Shown piece after piece: positions 24,725 to 32,000 of a stretch of DNA of 32,000 bases (its first letter is position 1; each line of letters starts with the position of its first letter). The translations under genes were made by a program, and so were the position numbers. The notes beneath the pieces are model-generated. The model did no database searches, had not been told where the DNA came from, and was given only the letters and a program-made list of their open reading frames with translations. The stretch covers positions 316,397 to 348,396 of the forward strand of contig JAVZOV010000002.1 of NCBI GenBank assembly GCA_038881895.1. The letters are read 5' to 3'. The stretch comes from Thermoprotei archaeon. GTDB taxonomy: Archaea > Thermoproteota > Thermoprotei > Gearchaeales > WAQG01.

Positions 24725-25579
24725 ATGGAACGTATGAGAAAGAGCGCAGTTTCTGGAAGTTTTTATGAAGCTGATCCAGAGGATTTAAAAAAGCAGATTG
24801 AATGGTGTTTCATGCACCCAATAGGTCCTAGAGAATTGCCAAAACTACGTGAACCTAGCATTTCTAGAAGGTTAATCGGTATAATTTCACCCCATGCGGG
24901 ATACATGTACTCAGGACCAGTAGCAGCTCACGGATATTATAAAGTTGCATCAGATGGTAAGCCTGATTTGATTATAATAATAGGGCCTAATCATACAGGA
25001 TACGGTCCAAGCGTATCGGTCATGTCTGAAGGAATTTGGGAGACACCATTAGGAAAAGTACGTATAGATAGTACAATAGCAAAAAAGATAATCTCTGGTT
25101 GCAAATATGCAAAAGATGATCATATAGCACATATTTATGAACACTCAGTCGAAGTTCAATTACCATTTCTCCAATATATTTTCGGTTCCGATTTTAGATT
25201 TGTACCGATTGTTATGATGATACAGGAAGTGGAAACTGCTGAATGCTTAGGTAATTCCATAGCAAAAGCAGTAGAAAATGAAAATGTTTTATTGATAGCC
25301 TCATCTGACCTAACGCATTATGAACCTCATGAAAAAGCTATTAAAAAAGATGGTATCCTGATAAAATCAGTACTTAGCATGGATATAAAAGAATTATTCA
25401 AAACTGTTTACATGCATGATATATCTGCATGCGGACCTGGTGCAATAGCCAGTGTAATTCATGCTTCAAGAATTTTAGGAGCTAATAGCATTACTTTATT
25501 AAAGTATGCAACATCAGGTGATGTATCAGGTGATAAATCACACGTTGTAGGCTATTCCTCTCTTGCTATAGAAAAATGA
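24725..25579 (+). CDS. MEMO1-family protein (AmmeMemoRadiSam system protein B-like)
   Basis: VSGSFYEADPEDLKKQIE, ISPHAGYMYSGPVAAHGY, IIGPNHTG, EHSVEVQLPFLQ, SSDLTHY. Follows rps2, as in many archaea. Confidence 0.85.
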   Translation: MERMRKSAVSGSFYEADPEDLKKQIEWCFMHPIGPRELPKLREPSISRRLIGIISPHAGYMYSGPVAAHGYYKVASDGKPDLIIIIGPNHTGYGPSVSVMSEGIWETPLGKVRIDSTIAKKIISGCKYAKDDHIAHIYEHSVEVQLPFLQYIFGSDFRFVPIVMMIQEVETAECLGNSIAKAVENENVLLIASSDLTHYEPHEKAIKKDGILIKSVLSMDIKELFKTVYMHDISACGPGAIASVIHASRILGANSITLLKYATSGDVSGDKSHVVGYSSLAIEK

Positions 25580-25769
25580 AATTTTGTTTTTCATTATAAA
25601 CCGTTTACTGCCATTAGCATGTAACTCTCGCAAAATGTGTAGAAATAATGACAACTACAGATACGAACTAACTTAACTAGGCACTTATCTATTGCTTAAC
25701 AATTCTCGTATTTGGGAAATATGTTTGACAGATTACCATTCAATGAAACTCAGAAAGTACAAGAAATTT

Positions 25770-26744
25770 TCAGCTCTCAATTTTTGCACCGTTGTAGTCT
25801 ATAGAGGAAATGAATACCGCATTGCTTCTTCGCTCTAATGATTTATGAACATTTTTAAGTATATCATCTTTAACTAATGCCATCACTAATCCACCATTAA
25901 CCCATGTTACTTTAGCACCCAAAGCTCCAGATCTGAGTGCAGCATTGACCAACTCATCTATTTTTGGAGTTGTAATATTTAATGCTCTTATAAGACTGTG
26001 AGCTAGATTCATTAACATTCCTACACGCTCAGTATCCCCTTGATCTAATGCATTATAAATGTTTTCACTTATCCAGTTCATACTACGTGTAATATCGTTT
26101 ATATAGCCTGATATATTACTTAAAAATGGTCTAAGTACTATTTCTGGACTGCTTGCTAATGAATATTTCTTACTGCTTAAGGCTATTAAAAATAACAAAT
26201 TTTTCTTTGATTTTATAAAAATCGGCTTCTCTCCAATCTTAAATACAGCTAAACCGCCTGTTATAAGAAGCATGATTTCGAAAGTTGAAGGGCTTTTCCT
26301 TATGCTTCGCTCCGAATCAAAAACTACTTTCCAAAGAAAGTCACGATCAATACGACCACTTAAACTGTGCGTAACTGACATTACAGTTGCTATAGATAGA
26401 GAAGTAGAAGGAAATACTGACACTGGTATGTCAGACTTTACTGTGATATCTAATTGGTTACTATTCCTAAGAAACTCCATTGTTTTAAGAGCACTTACAA
26501 CTATCGGTCTTAAAACTTTCTTAGCTAATAATCCCCCTTTATCTACAATAATTCTTCTACGCTCATAACGTAAAGATAACATTCCATCCTCAGTGGATAC
26601 TCTTATTTTATTTTCCCCTTTAAAACGAGGTTCCGTATAAATTACTATGCGTTTATTAATTGTAGTTGCTAAGCTTGTTCCTGTACGAAATAATGTATGA
26701 TCACCAGATAAATACACTAAACCTGGGGCAGATGCCTGACTCAT
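25770..26744 (-). CDS. Divergent GHMP-kinase superfamily protein (mevalonate-kinase-like) with a degenerate phosphate-binding motif
   Basis: Motif I-like SAPGLVYLSGDHTLFRTG (versus APGKxILFGEHAVV). The motif II position reads IPVSVFPSTSLSIATV instead of PxGSGLGSSAA. Motif III-like GALGAKVTWVNGGLVMAL. Confidence 0.6.
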   Translation of the reverse strand: MSQASAPGLVYLSGDHTLFRTGTSLATTINKRIVIYTEPRFKGENKIRVSTEDGMLSLRYERRRIIVDKGGLLAKKVLRPIVVSALKTMEFLRNSNQLDITVKSDIPVSVFPSTSLSIATVMSVTHSLSGRIDRDFLWKVVFDSERSIRKSPSTFEIMLLITGGLAVFKIGEKPIFIKSKKNLLFLIALSSKKYSLASSPEIVLRPFLSNISGYINDITRSMNWISENIYNALDQGDTERVGMLMNLAHSLIRALNITTPKIDELVNAALRSGALGAKVTWVNGGLVMALVKDDILKNVHKSLERRSNAVFISSIDYNGAKIES

Positions 26745-27318
26745 ATCCTCTCACATCTAACTTACCAAATTAATAACATTTCACATAAGTTTTAAAGTTA
26801 TCTATAAAATTATTAACACTACTTCTACACGTTTTAGCAAGTGTTGAAATCTATCCCACAATTAAAGGTCGTAAGATTTCTTGCTGAATTCATGTAATGC
26901 AAATACCTAAAAATTTATTTTACCCTATGTTATTTGTTTTTGCATCGAATTTTATAACTTCTTGGATAAATCTCTTAAGGTTTGGATTTTGAGTAAACAC
27001 CTCAAAATTCCTAGAGATATCGCAAAAATTATGCGAATTATCTGAAGTAAGATATGTAGCACCTCAACGGGCGATGCATGATAATGATTGAAATATGGGT
27101 GAAAGATACAAAAGAGCTGGCAAAACAATCTCTGAGAAAAATAAACACTATAGATGGTGTCAAGAAGATTTGTCCCGTAATCCTCAAGAAACCGAAAGAA
27201 TAATATTATAGTATGAAGAGATCAGATTGAGGATTAGGGGGACTTTTAGCTGACGGCCATGAATTAGATAAATATTTATATATAAACGGATATATTTAAA
27301 AGAAGAGGTGAAAAATTT

Positions 27319-27738
27319 TTGGCTTCTAAAGAGCTGCTAGATTTATTGAATGAGGCTATAGCACGAGAGCTCCAAGTGTCCATTCAATATATGTGGCAGC
27401 ATGTGCAATGGATTGGTGTTAAAGGCTTTGCGGTTCGAGAGGAATTGAAGAAGATAGCTATAACCGAAATGAAGCATGCCGAGGCTATAGCGGAGAGACT
27501 TTCCTATTTAGGTGGTACCCCAACAACTGAGCCAGCAGAAATATTTGTAGGGAAGACGCTGAAGGAAATGATTGAGCAGGATATAAAAGACGAGGAGAAC
27601 GCAATAAAACTCTATAAGGAGATAATAGAGAAAGCCCATAAAGAAAACGATGTGACAACATCGTTTCTATTTGAAGGAATACTAAAGGATGAAGAGGAAC
27701 ACCACGACTTCTTCACAACGCTCCTAGAAGAAATTTAA
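27319..27738 (+). CDS. Ferritin-like diiron protein (bacterioferritin/Dps-like, 139 aa)
   Basis: Four-helix ligand pattern: ARELQVSIQYMWQH, TEMKHAEAIAERL, DEENAIKLY, DEEEHHDFF. Apparent TTG start preceded by GAGGTGA. Confidence 0.8.
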   Translation: MASKELLDLLNEAIARELQVSIQYMWQHVQWIGVKGFAVREELKKIAITEMKHAEAIAERLSYLGGTPTTEPAEIFVGKTLKEMIEQDIKDEENAIKLYKEIIEKAHKENDVTTSFLFEGILKDEEEHHDFFTTLLEEI

Positions 27739-27756
27739 CAGCACAAAAAATTACTC

Positions 27757-27785
27757 TATTCTTCTTTCTTTTTTCTTTTCTTCCT
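27757..27785 (+). terminator. Putative oligo-T/pyrimidine-tract terminator after the ferritin-like gene
   Basis: TATTCTTCTTTCTTTTTTCTTTTCTTCC, about 20 nt after the stop codon. Archaeal terminators are T-tracts. Position only. Confidence 0.35.
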
Positions 27786-27800
27786 AAAGGATAGATTGCT

Positions 27801-28030
27801 AATTTTACATAAGACTCGACAGGAAAGCTTAGAACTTTGTTTCTGGGATGAATTATCCATTAGGTTTGAACGTGATGTTCATCACATGTTTTTGAGCGTG
27901 TCGCTCGAATGCGGTGAATATTTAAAAGCCTGAATAAGGCTCCCCGAACGAAGCTGGTGAGGAGGCTCAGACAAGCAAACCATATGTCCATAACAACTGG
28001 CTTGACACAGCCCAGAACTCAACAACTGTG
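27801..28030. repeat. Copy B of the 230-bp inverted repeat (partner at 17646..17875)
   Basis: See copy A: 229/230 identity in inverted orientation. Weaker similarity continues for about 50 nt beyond (28034..28078 versus 17592..17636, 33/45 ungapped). Confidence 0.9.
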
Positions 28031-28197
28031 GTGATGATTTGACCAAGAACCTCCCACCCTAGTTGTAGAGAATGTCAACATCCAGTAAGAACAATATTAG
28101 AGTTAATATTAGGAAAAATAACACAATTCATAGCAAAAAGTTTAGTTGGTACTCTTATAATTGAATTTAAACGTTGAGTCTGAATCGTAAAATTGGT

Positions 28198-29406
28198 TTA
28201 GATTATTGTTTTACTAATATATGTTTTAAGATAACGAATAATATCTGGCATGTTTATTTTCATCGGGCATACTTCTTTACACCTTCCACATCCTAAGCAT
28301 ATTAATGCTAATTGTGCAGCAGTGTCAATGTCTTCTGTTATAGCTGTCCATACAATACCCATAGGGCCCCCATACACGCTACCACCCCAAATATTAGCTA
28401 CTAAATCCCAGATAGGGCATTCTGCTTGGCATCTACCGCATTTGATACATAAAAGTTGTTCCCATAGATATTGATTTTTAATGGCATCAGATCTCCCTCC
28501 ATCATACAATATTAAATGGAACTCTTTAGGACCATGCACACCATATACACGATGATATTCTATGTCAGCAGTACTGCTCGGACCAGCTGTTAAAGATAAA
28601 TATGTTGGAGGATATAATCCTGCATAACCAGCTTGCACAAGTGCTTGTTTATAAGCATCATTTATAGTAGGCATTATTTTCTCTATACTTGCAATCGCAA
28701 TGTGTTTTGGTGGTAAAATTGTAGATAGTCGAATGTTTCCCTCATTTGATATAAGGATAGTAGCACCTGAATCTGCCGCAACTACATTTGCTCCACTAAT
28801 ACCTACATCAGCATTTATGAATTTCTCTCTTAAAAACATCCTAACACCTTTAACTATATCTTCATACGACATTTCTTCTGAGACATGAACTCCTATATTT
28901 TTAAGAAGTTTGACTGCTTTTTCTCTAGACATGTGAATTGCTGGGGCTATTGCATGCATAGGTTTATCTTTAGATATTTGTATTAAAAGTTCACCTAAAT
29001 CAGTTTCGTAGACAATATGACCTTTTTCAATTAAATGTTCACGTAATTTTAACTCTTCAGTTACCATGGACTTAGCCTTTACTATAAGCTTTCTATCATT
29101 GCCAACAATCTCATCGATTATTTTAATAGCTTCATGCCTATCTTTAGCAAAATATCCTTTTCCATTAATCGATTCTACATTTTTGATAATTTCATCTATG
29201 TAATAATCTAAATTTTTTAAAGTTTCTTCTCTTATCTTTCTTACCTCATCAGCGAGTTTAATTAAATAAGGCCAGCGTTTTAATACTTTATGAGATGCCG
29301 GTAATAGGTTTTTAAGTGTTCTTTGTAACCCAGATTGTAATGATTGATCATCAAGTGCAGTATAAATCTCTTTAAGTATTGCATCAATCTTTTTCATAGA
29401 TATCAT
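28198..29406 (-). CDS. LutB-like iron-sulfur protein (LUD/DUF162 domain + 2x[4Fe-4S] motif)
   Basis: C-terminal CIKCGRCQAECP and CLGCGRCKEVCP. The central part resembles the lactate-utilisation LUD domain (GISGANVVAADSGATILISNEGN). Confidence 0.75.
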   Translation of the reverse strand: MISMKKIDAILKEIYTALDDQSLQSGLQRTLKNLLPASHKVLKRWPYLIKLADEVRKIREETLKNLDYYIDEIIKNVESINGKGYFAKDRHEAIKIIDEIVGNDRKLIVKAKSMVTEELKLREHLIEKGHIVYETDLGELLIQISKDKPMHAIAPAIHMSREKAVKLLKNIGVHVSEEMSYEDIVKGVRMFLREKFINADVGISGANVVAADSGATILISNEGNIRLSTILPPKHIAIASIEKIMPTINDAYKQALVQAGYAGLYPPTYLSLTAGPSSTADIEYHRVYGVHGPKEFHLILYDGGRSDAIKNQYLWEQLLCIKCGRCQAECPIWDLVANIWGGSVYGGPMGIVWTAITEDIDTAAQLALICLGCGRCKEVCPMKINMPDIIRYLKTYISKTII

Positions 29407-30362
29407 CTATATATAGTGTAAAGATAATGAGAAACATCTTTAACAGCAACATCTTTTGGTTTAACCCTAGATAAATTTGCATAGCATATTGGGCACATAG
29501 TAATAATGTTTTTATTTGCAATAGATAATTCACTCACTCTTAATTGAGCTACACGTTTAGATAATCCAGGCGTTATTGATTCTATAGGACCACCACAGCA
29601 AAATGTTAATTCTTTATTTCTCTCAGGCTCCATAATGTTAATGCCACCTTTTTCTAAAAGTCTGCGAGGTTCATCGATGATTTTTAAATATCTTGCATAA
29701 TAACATGGGTCATGTAGTGTTGCACTCTCCTTTAAGATTTTAGTTGGTTCAATACTTGAATTCGTAAGTATCTCAAAATAGTTTTTAACCATTAAATCAT
29801 AACCAGGTATAATATTTTTGTAGACTTCTCTCATCATATACGTAGTATGTGGGTCAATAGTGATGAGTGTCCTCACACCTAGTGATTTTAATTTATTATA
29901 GACCATCACAGCATATTCCCTGAAGTCATTATCTAATCCCATATCATAAAGTAATGCGCCAGAATACATATCATTTTCGTATAAATAACCGAATTGAGTG
30001 CCTGTCTTTTTTAAGAGTATAGCGATCCCTCTTAACACTTCATATTGCTCTTTGAGTTCTTCTTCTGAAACCCTCAAAAGTAATTTACTTATTACACTTA
30101 CGATTCCGCCAGCTTTCATTAAAACGCTAAGATATTTACTTTCCTCTACGGACTCTAAATATTTTATTGAAGCATTAATATAGGGGATCATTTGATAGAG
30201 AAGTCCAGTAAATAACACTGTATCACCACCTTTCGGTAGGTCTAATCCATCTGCCCATTTATAAATGACTTCTTTAGGCATTGGAAACGGCATACCATAT
30301 TTTTTAGTATTATCAGCAATCATTTTTAAAATATCTTTTACAGGTAGAGGCATTTTTATCAC
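29403..30362 (-). CDS. CCG-domain (Fe-S) oxidoreductase, GlcF/LutA/HdrB-like
   Basis: Two Cys-rich CCG-type motifs (LHDPCYYARY, FCCGGP, MCPICY). 4-nt overlap with the downstream lutB-like gene. Confidence 0.75.
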   Translation of the reverse strand: MIKMPLPVKDILKMIADNTKKYGMPFPMPKEVIYKWADGLDLPKGGDTVLFTGLLYQMIPYINASIKYLESVEESKYLSVLMKAGGIVSVISKLLLRVSEEELKEQYEVLRGIAILLKKTGTQFGYLYENDMYSGALLYDMGLDNDFREYAVMVYNKLKSLGVRTLITIDPHTTYMMREVYKNIIPGYDLMVKNYFEILTNSSIEPTKILKESATLHDPCYYARYLKIIDEPRRLLEKGGINIMEPERNKELTFCCGGPIESITPGLSKRVAQLRVSELSIANKNIITMCPICYANLSRVKPKDVAVKDVSHYLYTIYR

Positions 30363-30683
30363 CTAAATTTTAAAACTATTATATGCTAGATAGTATCTAA
30401 ATGATCTTATAAATTTATCGATCTTAATTCCTGCAGGACATTGTGTATTGCAGGCTCCACATAATAAGCAACTAAAAATAGAATCTAAACCTGGTGCAGT
30501 CCAAATATTATTCTTTAATGCAAATATAATAATGTTAACTCTTCCTCTAGGTCCATATAATCTAGACTCATTAACTTTTAATGTAGGACATACCCACTCA
30601 CAAAATCCGCAAAAAGAGCACTTCAAAAGTTCTTTCATAAACATCTCTTTTTCTAGCTTGACCTCCTCTAGCACAATTATCAC
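30363..30683 (-). CDS. Small 2x[4Fe-4S] ferredoxin-domain protein (equivalent to the N-terminal part of GlcF)
   Basis: CSFCGFCEWVCP and CLLCGACNTQCP. Abuts the CCG-domain gene and overlaps the glcD-like stop by 4 nt. Confidence 0.75.
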   Translation of the reverse strand: MIIVLEEVKLEKEMFMKELLKCSFCGFCEWVCPTLKVNESRLYGPRGRVNIIIFALKNNIWTAPGLDSIFSCLLCGACNTQCPAGIKIDKFIRSFRYYLAYNSFKI

Positions 30684-32000
30684 CTTAGAAACATTTTATC
30701 TGGATTTAAAATATTTTTAGGATCAAAAATTTTCTTAACCTCCTTCATTAGTTCTAAAGCTTTCATACTTCCTTTACTTTCTAATTCCATAATTAATCCC
30801 TCCTTTTTTGTTTTCCCAATTCCGTGCTCTGAACTCATTGTACCATCTAATTCAATACCTATTTTCATAATCTCTTTAACCATTTCATAAAGAGCATTAA
30901 GCTTGTCCTCATCCTTTTCCTCGACCCAGATAACAGGATGAATGTTACCATCACTAATATGACCACCTAATGTCATAGGTATATTGAATTTATTCTCTAA
31001 ATTTCTTAACCTATTAACTGCATCGATAAGTTTTGAAGGAGGAACTGAAATATCTTCAACGTATACCAATGGTCTGCTCATTGGATCTTTACGAGTTTCT
31101 GCCGCCAATTTAATTGATGCTGGATAATAATTTCTCCTGATATCAAAAAGGCCCATTTTTTCTGTTTCGTCCTGGTTCTTAGCCTTATAAATAGAGTTTG
31201 CTCCATGAGATGCGTATATGTTTTCTAAAGTGGACAAAATCCTTTCGGAAGCTTCTGGTGCGATAGCAACACTAGTTATTAAGAAATGTCCACTACCTTT
31301 TATTTTAGAACCCACAACTTCAGATGCTATTTTTACACTTTTATCATCAACAAACTCCATTATTAACACATCAATTTTACTCTTTTTTATATCAATAACA
31401 GTTTTCATCAAATCCTCGAGCTCTGAAAAGAACCCTGCTATAGTAACAACATTCTCAGGTAACGGTATTATTTTTAAAATTGCTTCTGTAACTATTGCCA
31501 GCGTACCTTCACTGCCAACGATTAACCTAATAAAATCATAACCCTGCCTATATTTCGTTGTCTTCGATCCAATACGAAGAATCGTTCCATTTTCATCAGG
31601 TAAAACAAATTCTAATCCCAACACCCAATCCTTTATTGTCCCATATTTAGCTCCCATCATTCCACCAGAACCACTATTAATAGCACCACCTATAGAAGCC
31701 GATTTAACTGATGCCGGATCTATCGGAAAAATATAGCCATGTTTTGCTAATTGCTGGTTTAGTTCAAACAATTTCAATCCAGGTTCAACAATCACATAAG
31801 AATCTACGATATTAATTTCCTTAATCTTTGTCATCCTTTCTAAACTTAATACAATACCATTTTCAGATGGTGTTGATGAACCAACAATCTCACTTGCAGA
31901 ACCCTGGGGATAAATCTTCACATCATTCTTATAACAATATTTTATAATCTTGGACACATCTTCAGCAGATCGTGGAAAAACTACAGCTATCGCAGAACCT
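30680..32000 (-). CDS. FAD-linked oxidase (GlcD / D-lactate dehydrogenase family), N-terminus beyond the window end
   Basis: PCMH-type FAD-binding pattern. The reading frame stays open upstream of the track Met (31957) and reads ...GSAIAVVFPRSAEDVSKIIKYCYKNDVKIYPQGSASEIVG, the typical GlcD N-terminal region. C-terminal EHGIGKTKKE...DPKNILNPDK. Confidence 0.85.
   Translation of the reverse strand, partial: GSAIAVVFPRSAEDVSKIIKYCYKNDVKIYPQGSASEIVGSSTPSENGIVLSLERMTKIKEINIVDSYVIVEPGLKLFELNQQLAKHGYIFPIDPASVKSASIGGAINSGSGGMMGAKYGTIKDWVLGLEFVLPDENGTILRIGSKTTKYRQGYDFIRLIVGSEGTLAIVTEAILKIIPLPENVVTIAGFFSELEDLMKTVIDIKKSKIDVLIMEFVDDKSVKIASEVVGSKIKGSGHFLITSVAIAPEASERILSTLENIYASHGANSIYKAKNQDETEKMGLFDIRRNYYPASIKLAAETRKDPMSRPLVYVEDISVPPSKLIDAVNRLRNLENKFNIPMTLGGHISDGNIHPVIWVEEKDEDKLNALYEMVKEIMKIGIELDGTMSSEHGIGKTKKEGLIMELESKGSMKALELMKEVKKIFDPKNILNPDKMFLR

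Noticed and set aside
26843-26868. GTTGAAATCTATCCCACAATTAAAGG, which looks like a crenarchaeal CRISPR repeat
   Set aside because: It is a single occurrence. There are no regularly spaced repeats or spacers anywhere in the window, and no cas genes.
27095-27211. 38-codon ORF (MGERYKRAGKTISEKNKHYRWCQEDLSRNPQETERIIL) in the long spacer
   Set aside because: It has no Shine-Dalgarno-like element and no recognisable family, and it is too short to support without conservation or expression data. It is mentioned only within the spacer finding.
28031-28037. GUGAUGA (perfect box C) at the start of the divergent tail of repeat copy B
   Set aside because: No CUGA box D occurs within the following 80 nt, and the motif is not conserved in copy A.

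Overview
AT-rich (about one-third GC by eye) archaeal chromosomal segment. The backbone is housekeeping: thermosome, Fap7-like kinase, protein disulfide oxidoreductase, S17e, methionine aminopeptidase, the conserved rpoD-L18e-L13-S9-rpoN-enolase-S2 block, a MEMO-like protein, two PhoU-type genes, an intron-containing tRNA-Trp, an unlinked 5S rRNA, a ferritin-like gene and a GlcD/GlcF/LutB-type oxidoreductase operon. Lineage cannot be fixed from the sequence alone, though the gene content looks like a thermophilic archaeon. Five things stand out. (1) At 374-5810, an eight-gene, overlap-coupled operon joins a Tad/Epd-type type IV filament core to a membrane protein plus a HerA/FtsK-type P-loop ATPase. 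The core comprises a FlaI/TadA-family ATPase, two half-size platform proteins and a Flp-type pilin with a textbook A|SPLVEEG processing motif. This is a candidate DNA-transfer or secretion machine in a layout I do not recognise. (2) A 748-aa wHTH + ATP-cone + class III RNR (NrdD)-like protein has cysteines only in its C-terminal zinc ribbon, so it cannot be a working reductase and is probably a nucleotide-sensing regulator. (3) A ParB/Srx-fold (SerK-like) gene overlaps a MoaD/ThiS-type beta-grasp gene ending in GG. (4) A 230-bp inverted repeat with one mismatch brackets about 9.9 kb of housekeeping genes, and one copy sits directly upstream of the 5S rRNA. (5) A GC-rich decayed TnpB (IS200/IS605-type) remnant is present. 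All coordinates for non-ORF features were hand-counted and may be off by 1-2 nt.
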